A stretch of DNA of 25,661 nucleotides from a virus (taxonomy: Duplodnaviria > Caudoviricetes). The notes under the pieces are model-generated. The model worked only from the letters and a program-made list of their open reading frames with translations, was not told where the DNA came from and searched no databases. The position numbers and the translations under genes are program-made. This document shows, in pieces, positions 9,651-17,939 of this stretch (its first letter is position 1; every line of letters begins with the position of its first letter). Location of the stretch: IMG/VR virus record IMGVR_UViG_3300049185_000033, positions 1 to 25,661 of that record; one strand, given 5' to 3'.

Positions 9651-9654
9651 AGGC

Positions 9655-10164
9655 ATGAAGTCGCTGTCCGCTGCGCTGTCTGCCGCCCTCGGTGCGCCTG
9701 TTCAGCAACCCGCTGTGCTGGTGGAGCTGGCGTTCTCGCCCGTCAAACGCTGGAGCAGCCATGCCGACCTGACCTGGGCCGGCGAGAACTGGACGAAGGA
9801 GGACGTGACCGTCGAGTCCCTGCAGGTCGAAGCGCTTGCGCTCTCCGGCGTGCTGCGCCTGGGCAACGGCGACGGCGCCATGGCCGCGCTGGTGCTGGGC
9901 CAGGGTGTGCAGGACCGGGCCGTGCGCATCTGGGGCTACGACGCCGGCGCCACGGCCAGCGGCGATGTCGTGTGGCTGGCCGACGGCGTCTGCGCCGCCG
10001 CACAGATCGCGACCGACGCCGTGCGCCTGTCGCTGCGGCACCCGGCCGATTACACGCAGGCGCCCCGCACGTTCGTGTCCACGGCCGGCTTCTCGCCGCT
10101 GCTGCCGGCCGGCACGGTGCTCAAGATCAACGGCCAGACCTACACCCTGGCCCGTCGGAGCTGA
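9655..10164 (+). CDS. Minor tail/hub protein
   Basis: MKSLSAALSAALG…LVELAF…DLTWAGENW N-terminus typical of tail-hub proteins; synteny. Confidence 0.6.
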   Translation: MKSLSAALSAALGAPVQQPAVLVELAFSPVKRWSSHADLTWAGENWTKEDVTVESLQVEALALSGVLRLGNGDGAMAALVLGQGVQDRAVRIWGYDAGATASGDVVWLADGVCAAAQIATDAVRLSLRHPADYTQAPRTFVSTAGFSPLLPAGTVLKINGQTYTLARRS

Positions 10165-10166
10165 CC

Positions 10167-13100
10167 ATGCCACTCATCACCGACGGCCTCACCATCCCGC
10201 CCGCCAACACGCTCAACGGCGTCGGCGCGAGCGCGGCCAAGCGCCAGCTGCCGGCTGCGGCCGACCGCGCCGTCGTGCCGCTGGTCTACGGGGAGGACCG
10301 CATCAGCGGCCTCATCCTCAACGTGCTGAGCGCCGCTGGTACGCCCGGCACGCTGCTCGTGCAGGCGCTCTGGTGCCATGCCTGCGACAGCATCAACGAC
10401 CTGCAGCTCAACGACGCGGCACTGCCGGCCGGCGCCACCGCCACGCACTACACCGGCGCGCAGACGGTGGTGAACGCCACGCTCGAGGCCGCCTTCGCGG
10501 CGCAGGGCATCGTCGGTCAGGTGCGCCCGCTCACCGGCTACGCGTGGAGCCTGATCGCCATGCCGGCGGCGCTGTTCGGCGGCCAGCTCAGCCTCACCGC
10601 GCGCATCCGCGGCCGCAAGTGCTACGACCCGTCCTTCGACACCACCGCCGGCGGCTTTGGCCGACCCCAGCACCTGGGCCTACACCGACACGCCGGCCGT
10701 GTGCCTGGCCGACTTCGTCGCAAGCGCCGTCTACGGCTGCGGCCTGGCGGTGGACTGGGCCAGCGTGCGCACCACCAGCCAGGCCAACCGCGCCATCGTG
10801 CCCAGCACCGTCGACGAGCAGCGCCGCATCGTCGGCGTTAGCTTTATCGCTGCCGCGGCGGCCGTCGACGTGGCAGAGGCCCTGCGCGCCTACGCCGGCT
10901 GCTTCCTGCTGCCCGGCTCCAGCGGTGTGCGCCTGGTTCCGGACGCAGACGCGGCCGCGGTAGCCACCTACCGCCACGCCTACGGCGAGATCGCCGCCAT
11001 CGGCGCGCTGGAGCTGCGCGACCTCAGCCAAGCGCCCACGGCAGTTGAGGTCATCTACACCGACACCAGCGCCACGCCCTGGCGCGACGCCTCAGCCACC
11101 GCGCAGATCGACGGCGCAGGCACCACCAAGCCCTGGCGCCTTAGCCAGGTGCGCCTGCCCGGCATCCACCGGTACGGCCAGGCGTTGCGAGAGGCCACGG
11201 AGCGCCTCAACAAGCTCTGGCTCAACGACATCACGACCACGCTGCAGGTGTTTGACGTTGGGATCCGGCACGACAAGGGCGACATCATCACGGTCGACCA
11301 CCCGCTGGGCCTGTCCATGACGCCCATGCGCGTGGCCGACGTCGGCATGCCGTCGCCCGGCCGCTGGGAGCTGGCGCTGGTGCGCCACAGCGCCGCTGCG
11401 TACAGCGACCTCGTGGCCAGCGCGGCGGCCATCCAGGACGCGCAGCGCATCGTGCCGGCGCCAGAAAGCCTTGGCATCAAGCTCAACGTCAGCGACTTCG
11501 CAGGCACGGTCAACTACAACGAGGCGTACATCCACGCGGTCGACGCTAGCGGCAACGCACTGGACGCGCCGGGCGTCATCCTGGTGAATGGTGTGGCCAC
11601 TGCGGTGCCGAATGGTTCGTTGTTCACCAACCAAGGCCCGGTGGCCGGCTACATCGTCTGGGACAGCGCCGGCGCCACCTTCAGTAAGGCCGGTGGCGCG
11701 GTGTATCAACCCTTTGCGATGGCAAGGCGGTACCAGGGCGCTTGGCAGTACGACGACAACAGCGCCGGCTGGGCAACGTTCACGCCGGCGGCGACGCACT
11801 GGATCATCGGTACGCTCGAAAGCGGGGCGGCTGACACAGGTGGTGCGCCCGGCCTGATTGCCGCCAGCATGTGGGCTGCAGCGAGCACGCTGAACAGCCT
11901 GGAGGCTGGTGCGGACGTCGCCTACGCGGCCGCTGTGGCGGCGCAGGGAGCCGCCACCACGGCGGCGGGAAACGCCAGCAGCGCGCTGAGCACGCTGGTC
12001 ACCATGCGCAGCAACGGCTATCTCGACGCGGCCGAGAAGCCTGCCCTCATGCGGCAGTGGCAGGCCCTTACTGGCGAGATCTCGGGCATCCAGAACCAGG
12101 CCAACCTCTATGGGCTGACCTACGGTGCGTCGGCCATCAGGCAGGCCTACGACAACGCCTACGGTGCACTCAGCGCCTACCTCGGCAGCCTGTCGCCCGC
12201 TTGGGACGACACCAGTACAGACACGCCCATCACGCCGGCTGTTGACCAGGCGAAATGGACCGACATCTACACCACCCGGCAAGCGCTGCTCAACGCCATC
12301 GCTGCGGAGGCCGGCAAGCGCGCTCAGTGGGTGAACACCACGGGGCGGCCGCTGGCGTTCCGCGTGGGCGCCATGGGCAACTTGGCATCTCCGCGCGCTG
12401 GTTTCACTACAGGGCTGCGCAATGCCGAGACGGGGGCGCAGGTGGGCAACCCGGCCATGCGGAGCTACGTGCTGGTCGAGCTGAACCGCGATGGCGCCGT
12501 CATCTACACGAACAGCTATGACGTCTATGGCGTCGGAAGCATCGCGGCGCCCGATGGCACCTACCGCACAGCGTCGACGCTGGCCGCGGATCTGAACTAC
12601 ATCTGCGACAACCGCAAGGGCAACCTGATCGTCATCTACTCGCACGACGAGCCGCAGAGTCACCGGATGGACAGCGGCCTGCCTGCGGCGATGTACCGCT
12701 GCGGCGCCAGCAGGGCGGTGTTCGGTTCCGCGGCGTTCGTGCTCAGGGCGGCCTACATCTTGGTCGGCATTGCGGGGTGCGGCGAGGGCAACGGCGCGGA
12801 GGTCTATGCCGGCGCGGTCGACTCCGACACGGACGCTTGGTGCGAACTGGCGTTTGATCTGTTGGACGGGCAGCTCCGCGTGTCCGGCACCACCAGCGGC
12901 GCTCGGACCCTCGTGGACTACGGCTACGTCGGCGACCTGGCCGCTACCAAGAACACGATCTACCGCCAGCCAACCGCTCCCGCCTACGACGCCGGCGGCC
13001 TCTGGTACGACACGGACGACGACAACCGCCAGTACGTGGCCATGGGCGGCTCCTGGGTGTCGGTGCGCGACCTCGGCATTGCCCAGGCCATCGCCGACGC

Positions 13101-13866
13101 TGCAGCCGCGCAGTCCACGGCCGACGGCAAGATCACGTCGTTCCACCAGGACACGCCGCCGAGCGGGCAAGGCGAGGCCGAGGGCGACCTCTGGTACGAC
13201 ACCAACGACGGCAACAAGCAGTACCGCTACACCACGGGCGTCTGGGTCGTGGCGGCCGCGGGGATCGCATCGCCGATGCGCGGGTCGGCCAACGCGCAGT
13301 CCACGGCCAACAGCAAGGTAACGACCTTCTACGGCGGCAGCACGCCCACCGCGCTGGCCGTCGGCGACCTGTGGTCGAACAGCACCGCCGGCAGCACGCG
13401 GCTCAGTCGTTGGGACGGCAGCAGTTGGGTGGTGCTGACGGTGCTGGGCGATGGTGACGTCGATACGGCCAAGATCGCCGCCGACGCTGCCACAGAGATC
13501 ACCCAGGACAGCCACTCGTTTGGTGGATCAGGCACCGGCAGCGGCCCCACCGTGCAACGGTCGTTCACGGTCACGCCGCCTGTCGCGGCGAAGGTCTCTT
13601 TCACCGCGACGATCGGTGCGTCCTCTGTCCTGCCGGACAGTGGCAACTATCTCTATTGGGCCGTGTCCGCCGGTGGTGGCGCCGACGTCGTGCTGGGCAA
13701 TTGTTCGAGCACCTCAGGCTCCAGGCAGATGTTCAGCTGCGTGACGAGCTTTGCCGCCGCGGGGGGTGTGTCGCTTGTCTTCAAACTGATCTCCAACCGC
13801 AACAGCTTGAACCCGGCGATCGGCCTGTACGACTCTTCGATGCGCACTGAGGTGGTCAAGCGATGA
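10167..13866 (+). CDS. Tail tip/central fibre (host-specificity) protein, interrupted by a frameshift at about 10654-10660
   Basis: ATG 10167 frame gives VPLVYGEDRISG and ARIRGRKCYDP. The next motif DPSTWAYTDTPAVCLADF continues in the 10657..13866 frame, followed by fibre repeats and an ILEI-like domain. Confidence 0.85.
12940..13430 (+). repeat. Three degenerate ~62-aa repeats in the tail fibre (P…G[G/D]LW[Y/S]…W…AQSTA)
   Basis: CCTCTGGTACGACAC at 12999 and 13188; CGCGCAGTCCACGGCC at 13107 and 13293. Confidence 0.75.
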
Positions 13867-14258
13867 GCAAGCCCTGGCGCTTTTATCACGCCTCAACAGG
13901 CGTATTTGTCCCTGGCAGCATGCTGCTGCCGAACCAGGCGGCTGTCGCGGCCAATACGCCCGCCGAGCATGTCGCAACGCAGATCGATGCTGACCCGTTT
14001 ACGCAGCGCTTCGATGTTGATACCGGCACGCTAGTGCCTTACACCCGCCCGCCTGTTGCCGTGGTCTGGGATGCGCCTACCGCCCGTGCCGAGCGGGACC
14101 GCCGCATGGCCGAGAGCGACTGGGTCACGCTGCGCGCGCTGCGCACCGGGCAGCCCATCCCGTCCGACTGGGCCGCGTACATGCAGGCGCTGGCCGACCT
14201 GCCGCAGCAGCCGGGCTTCCCCGAATCCATCACCTGGCCCACGCCGCCTACTTCCTGA
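13863..14258 (+). CDS. Tail fibre assembly chaperone
   Basis: C-terminal RAERDRRMAESDW…WAAYMQALADLPQQPGFPESITWPTPP motif. ATGA overlap with the fibre gene. Confidence 0.88.
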   Translation: MSKPWRFYHASTGVFVPGSMLLPNQAAVAANTPAEHVATQIDADPFTQRFDVDTGTLVPYTRPPVAVVWDAPTARAERDRRMAESDWVTLRALRTGQPIPSDWAAYMQALADLPQQPGFPESITWPTPPTS

Positions 14259-14268
14259 AAGGCCCACC

Positions 14269-14673
14269 ATGGCAGAACCAACTTCATCCGGCGCTGCTGC
14301 CGGCTTCGCGGGCTGGAAGCTCATTGGCGGCATGGCCGGCGTCACCGCTGGGGGCGCCGGCCTGGCCAGTGTCGTGGTGATGTGCATGACACCACCGCGT
14401 AGCGCGCGCGAATGGGCCGTCGGTCTCATCAGCACCGTGGTGTGCAGCGTAGCCGGTGGTGGCTGGCTGCTCCACTGGTTGGGCTTGTCTGACATGGCCG
14501 CCAGCGGCCCGGCCGGTCTCGCGACGCTGTTCGGCCTGTGCTTCGCCTGCGGACTGCCCGGCTGGGCGCTCGTGCGTGCGCTGTTCACCTGGCTGGGCCG
14601 GCGCGACGGGAAAGATATCGCGGAGATCGCTCGTGACGCCGCGGCCGATGTGCGAGACGTGCTCAAGCCCTGA
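14269..14673 (+). CDS. Putative holin (about three hydrophobic segments)
   Basis: ATG 14269 (MAEPTSS…), hydrophobic helices and a charged C-terminus, directly upstream of the endolysin. Confidence 0.7.
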   Translation: MAEPTSSGAAAGFAGWKLIGGMAGVTAGGAGLASVVVMCMTPPRSAREWAVGLISTVVCSVAGGGWLLHWLGLSDMAASGPAGLATLFGLCFACGLPGWALVRALFTWLGRRDGKDIAEIARDAAADVRDVLKP

Positions 14674-14687
14674 CGAAGGAGGCCATC

Positions 14688-15113
14688 ATGATCACCGTCG
14701 ACGATTACTTCATGGGCCGCCGGGAGCAGTACCCGCTCGCGCTGACGCCCGCCATCGAGCGCGAGGCTCACCGCACCGTCGGCCTCGTGAACGCCATGCT
14801 CGCGCGAGCCCTGGCCAGCGGTCTGCACGCCGTGCAACACCCAAAGACCCGCACGCCCGTCTCCAGCGGCTGGCGCCCGCCGGTCCTCAATGCCGCCACG
14901 CCCAACGCGGCCCCCAACTCCAAGCACATGACCGGCCAGGCAATCGACTTGTACGACCCCGACGGCGACATCGACGACTGGCTGATCAGCGACGCCGGAC
15001 AGGCCGTGCTGGCAGAGCTGGGCCTGTGGATGGAGCACCCCAGCGCCACCAAAGGTTGGGCCCACCTGCAGACGGTGCCGCCGCGGTCGCAGCGCCGGGT
15101 GTTCTACCCGTGA
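14688..15113 (+). CDS. Endolysin, zinc peptidase M15 family
   Basis: SSGWRP…SKHMTGQAIDL…WAHLQ (H, D, H zinc ligands). GGAGG RBS. Confidence 0.88.
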   Translation: MITVDDYFMGRREQYPLALTPAIEREAHRTVGLVNAMLARALASGLHAVQHPKTRTPVSSGWRPPVLNAATPNAAPNSKHMTGQAIDLYDPDGDIDDWLISDAGQAVLAELGLWMEHPSATKGWAHLQTVPPRSQRRVFYP

Positions 15114-15484
15114 TGCCGCCCCTCTGGCTCATCAAGACCGGCGCCGTGCTGGCGTTGCTGGCCGGCGTCTGGATCCACGGCCGCGGCTCTGGCGCCGCCA
15201 GCGTGCGCGCCGAATGGCAGGCCCAGCAGCTGCAGGACCGAGAGGCGGCCGACGCCGCCCGCGAGTCCGACCGCCTGCGCGGCCGTGCCGCCGATGCCGA
15301 ATACCAGGCCCGCAGAGCCGCCGCGGCGCGCCGAGCCGCCACACCCTCACCGGAGTCCGTCTATGCGCTCCACGCCACGATTTGCCCGCCTGCCGGGCCC
15401 CTGGGCCGGCCGCTTGAGCTGGGCGACGTGCCTGTGCCTCGCGTTTGGCTCAACAGGCTGCGCGACGCGGGCGCCGACTACTAG
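15113..15484 (+). CDS. Inner-membrane spanin (Rz-like)
   Basis: TGATG coupling to the endolysin. N-terminal TM segment (AVLALLAGVWI) followed by a charged coiled-coil. Confidence 0.75.
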   Translation: MPPLWLIKTGAVLALLAGVWIHGRGSGAASVRAEWQAQQLQDREAADAARESDRLRGRAADAEYQARRAAAARRAATPSPESVYALHATICPPAGPLGRPLELGDVPVPRVWLNRLRDAGADY

Positions 15485-15659
15485 GCCCATCGACCCGCCG
15501 CCGCCGGCGCTGGCCTTGCTGTGCCAAGCCGGCCCGAGCTACCCGCAGGCCGCCAGCGCGCCGCTGGCCGACGTGCTGCGCATCGCAGAGGCGCGAGAGG
15601 CGGCCGCAGCCGATTGCAGGGCGCGGCATGCGGCCCTGTTGAGCGCCTGGCCGAGGTAG
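15363..15659 (+). CDS. Outer-membrane spanin lipoprotein (Rz1-like), overlapping the i-spanin
   Basis: +1 frame ATG 15363. Signal peptide ending LAFGSTG-C, Pro-rich PPPPALALLC and DCRARHAAL motif. Confidence 0.72.
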   Translation: MRSTPRFARLPGPWAGRLSWATCLCLAFGSTGCATRAPTTRPIDPPPPALALLCQAGPSYPQAASAPLADVLRIAEAREAAAADCRARHAALLSAWPR

Positions 15660-15776
15660 GGCCGGCATTAGGACTACGGTTCAATTGAGCAATTGCCACA
15701 CGAACTCAACAGTCGGACTTTTCGGGGGTAACACTGGGGGTAAGTTAATGGATATATGCCTGGGGAACTTAGATAT

Positions 15777-15799
15777 TTCAATTCCCCCCGGCTCCACCA
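15777..15799 (+). mobile_element. attP core: 3' fragment of tmRNA (ssrA)
   Basis: TTCAATTCCCCCCGGCTCCACCA is a T-loop, T-stem 3' strand, Ala-type acceptor strand and ACCA. No 5' half is present. It lies between arm repeats next to the integrase. Confidence 0.8.
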
Positions 15800-15808
15800 T
15801 ATACCCCT

Positions 15809-15860
15809 CCGCGAACGTTCTCAGGCGTTCGCGGCGCCACCTGAAAGGGTGGCCTTTATA
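15809..15860 (+). terminator. Two hairpins; the second is intrinsic-terminator-like
   Basis: CCGCGAACG/CGTTCGCGG stem (15809-15834), then GCCACCT-GAAA-GGGTGGC followed by CTTTATA (15836-15860). Confidence 0.55.
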
Positions 15861-15972
15861 GAGAGGATCAGCTCGCATCCGTTCGCGCTGATCCGCTACC
15901 ATCCGGCCCGCTCGGGGGTAGCTATGGGGGTAACCCGCCACCCGCCCCGCGGGCTTGCGAGGAGTTACCCCC

Positions 15973-17238
15973 ATGCCCACCAACAAGCTCAGCGACGCGG
16001 CCATCAGGCGCGCCGTCGCGCCTTCGGGCAAGACGCTGAAATTGTCAGACGGTGACGGGCTGCGCCTCGAAGTGCGGTCGACCGGCGCGAAGTATTGGCG
16101 GCTGAAGTATCGGTTTGCCGGCGCCGAGAAACTATTGTCGATGGGCGTGTATCCCGACGTGGGCCTCGGCGAGGCGCGTCGGCGGCGCGACGAAGCCCGG
16201 CAGATGATTGCCAAGGGCGTTGACCCGAGCGCCGAGCGCCAGGCCGCCAAGGTGCAGCAGGCCCAGGCTGCCGAGGTGGCGCGTCTGGTGGCTGCCGGCG
16301 GGCCGGCGCCGGGCTCGTTCGAGTGGCTGGCCCGCAAGTGGCTGACCGAAGTGCACGCGCACAAAGTGTCGGCCGAGCAGATCGGGAAGATCACGCGCTG
16401 GCTTGAGCTGTACGCCTTCCCGAAGATCGGGCAGCGCCCGGCCCGCGAGATCGAGCCGCCCGAGCTGCTCGACCAGGTGGTGCAGCCCATCGTGGCGCAG
16501 GGCACCATCGAGACGGCTCACCGTGTCAAAAATGCCTGCGGGCAGGTGTTCCGCTATGGCGTGGCCACCGGCGCCTGCACGAGGAATCCTGCGGCCGACC
16601 TGGCCGACGCTCTGCCGACGACGGTGGTGACGCCGCATGCGGCCATCGTTGACCCGAAGCAAGTGGGCCAGCTGCTCAGGGATATGCAGGGCTACGTGGG
16701 ACACCCCGCGACGCGGCTGGCACTGCAGCTGTCAGCGCTGCTGATCCTGCGGCCCGGCGAAATTCGACACCTGGAATGGGCATGGGTCGACTGGGACGCA
16801 CAGGCGGTCTGGGTGCCGCCGGTCAGGATGAAGGGCACGCTGCAGCAGAAGGCGGCCGGCGACAAGCACTGGGTGCCGTTGGCGCGCCAGGCGGTGGCGC
16901 TGCTGAAGGAACTCCAGCCGTTGGCTGGCCGGAGCATCTACGTCTTCCCCGCCGTCACGCAGAAGACCCGCTGCATGAGCGACAACACGGTGCGCAGCGC
17001 GCTGCGGCGGTTGGGCTACGAGAACGATGAGATGAGCGCCCATGGCTTCCGCGCCATGGCCCGGACGATGGGCGCCGAGCGGCTGCGCGTCGACGGCGAG
17101 ATCATCGACGCGCAGCTGGCGCACGCGGTCAAGGACGCGAACGGCCGCTCGTACAACCGGACGTCGTTCATGGACCTGCGCCGGGAGTTCATGCAGCGGT
17201 GGGCCGACTACCTGGATGATCTGCGCGCGATGCAGTAG
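15973..17238 (+). CDS. int: Tyrosine integrase, P4/CP4-57 family
   Basis: Arm-binding N-domain (KLSDGDGLRLEV…GAKYWRLKYRFAG…GVYPDVGLGEAR). Catalytic LRPGE, HGFR, QLAH and RSYNR. AGGAG RBS before ATG 15973. Confidence 0.95.
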   Translation: MPTNKLSDAAIRRAVAPSGKTLKLSDGDGLRLEVRSTGAKYWRLKYRFAGAEKLLSMGVYPDVGLGEARRRRDEARQMIAKGVDPSAERQAAKVQQAQAAEVARLVAAGGPAPGSFEWLARKWLTEVHAHKVSAEQIGKITRWLELYAFPKIGQRPAREIEPPELLDQVVQPIVAQGTIETAHRVKNACGQVFRYGVATGACTRNPAADLADALPTTVVTPHAAIVDPKQVGQLLRDMQGYVGHPATRLALQLSALLILRPGEIRHLEWAWVDWDAQAVWVPPVRMKGTLQQKAAGDKHWVPLARQAVALLKELQPLAGRSIYVFPAVTQKTRCMSDNTVRSALRRLGYENDEMSAHGFRAMARTMGAERLRVDGEIIDAQLAHAVKDANGRSYNRTSFMDLRREFMQRWADYLDDLRAMQ

Positions 17239-17270
17239 GGCGAGGCCCTCGGCAGGGGGATTGAAAACGG

Positions 17271-17528
17271 TCAGATGGCGGAGCCGGCGCCCTTGTGCGG
17301 CGTGAACGCTTTGCAGACCTCGGCGCTCATGACGACAACCAGTTCAAAGTAGGCATCCGGGTTATCTTTGACGTGGCGGTCATAGTCCATTCGCGCGGCT
17401 CGCTCTGTCTGGCTGTTGGACAGATCAACCAGCCAGCTCTTGTTGACCGTCGATACCTGCTGACGGACAACCCACTCAACGCGCAGGTTCTTGATCGCCT
17501 CGCGCATGATTTCGGTGGGATCGCTCAT
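17271..17528 (-). CDS. Hypothetical protein (85 aa)
   Basis: ATG at 17528 (MSDPTEIMREAIK…). Last gene of the leftward operon, convergent with int. Confidence 0.6.
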   Translation of the reverse strand: MSDPTEIMREAIKNLRVEWVVRQQVSTVNKSWLVDLSNSQTERAARMDYDRHVKDNPDAYFELVVVMSAEVCKAFTPHKGAGSAI

Positions 17529-17557
17529 GGTGTTCGTCGGCAGGGTATGGGGAACCG

Positions 17558-17779
17558 TCAGGCGATCTCGGTGCGGTCCAGGCAGTAGCCGCAGGCCTCG
17601 ACCCACTCGGCGGCGCAGATGACGTGCCCAGGCTCACCTCGCATTTCGTGGCTAGTGCGCAGCTCTCGCATGAAAAACGGGCTGTAGGTCGCGCGCCAGA
17701 AACGCCGGGCCTCAGGTGGGTTGGCCCAGGCGGTGCACTTGCGCCGCCATGTTTCTCGTCGTCCGTATCGCTTGGGCAT
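17558..17779 (-). CDS. Hypothetical basic protein (73 aa)
   Basis: ATG at 17779 (MPKRYGRRETWRRKC…); fills the gap between neighbours. Confidence 0.5.
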   Translation of the reverse strand: MPKRYGRRETWRRKCTAWANPPEARRFWRATYSPFFMRELRTSHEMRGEPGHVICAAEWVEACGYCLDRTEIA

Positions 17780-17801
17780 GTGCGGGTGCAGGGGATTGGG
17801 T

Positions 17802-17918
17802 TTAGGGCGCGTTGCGCTCGCGGTAGTTGATCCAGCGGCCACAGCCCATGCAGAAGCCTTGGTCGTTGTCGGACGGCTCTGCGCAATCGCACTCGTCGTC
17901 TGGGTCGTGGTCTGTCAT
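17802..17918 (-). CDS. 38-aa Cys-rich microprotein (not in ORF track)
   Basis: GAGGA RBS; MTDHDPDDECDCAEPSDNDQGFCMGCGRWINYRERNAP*. Confidence 0.55.
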   Translation of the reverse strand: MTDHDPDDECDCAEPSDNDQGFCMGCGRWINYRERNAP

Positions 17919-17939
17919 GGCGGTCCTCGGCAATGGGGG

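Larger units (their letters stand above)
15723..15973. repeat. Integrase arm-type repeats of attP (YGGGGGTA)
   Basis: Direct pairs with 12-bp period at 15723/15735 and 15913/15925, plus an inverted copy GTTACCCCCA at 15964-15973. Confidence 0.75.

Noticed and set aside
7557-9656. 699-aa minus-strand ORF
   Set aside because: Antisense shadow of the tape measure and following gene in high-GC DNA; no motifs.
11092-13515. 807-aa minus-strand ORF
   Set aside because: Antisense shadow of the tail fibre; Arg/Gly/Val-rich with no recognisable domain.
13440-13866. Diversity-generating retroelement or invertible tail-fibre switch
   Set aside because: No reverse transcriptase, template repeat, invertase or alternative fibre ends seen in the window.
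15682-15695. CAATTG-AG-CAATTG dyad as an operator
   Set aside because: Single short occurrence with no second copy or clear promoter to support it.
15740-15799. Complete tRNA or tmRNA gene
   Set aside because: Only the 3' 23 nt are present; upstream DNA has no T-stem 5' strand or acceptor 5' strand.
15723-15973. CRISPR array or replication iterons
   Set aside because: Repeats are about 10 bp, paired and placed around an att core; no repeat-spacer periodicity, cas or rep gene.
15681-16508. 275-aa minus-strand ORF across attP and int
   Set aside because: Antisense to the integrase and runs through non-coding att sites; no protein-like features.
17237-17270. Bidirectional terminator between int and the leftward operon
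   Set aside because: Only 4-5 bp stems and no adjacent U-tract.
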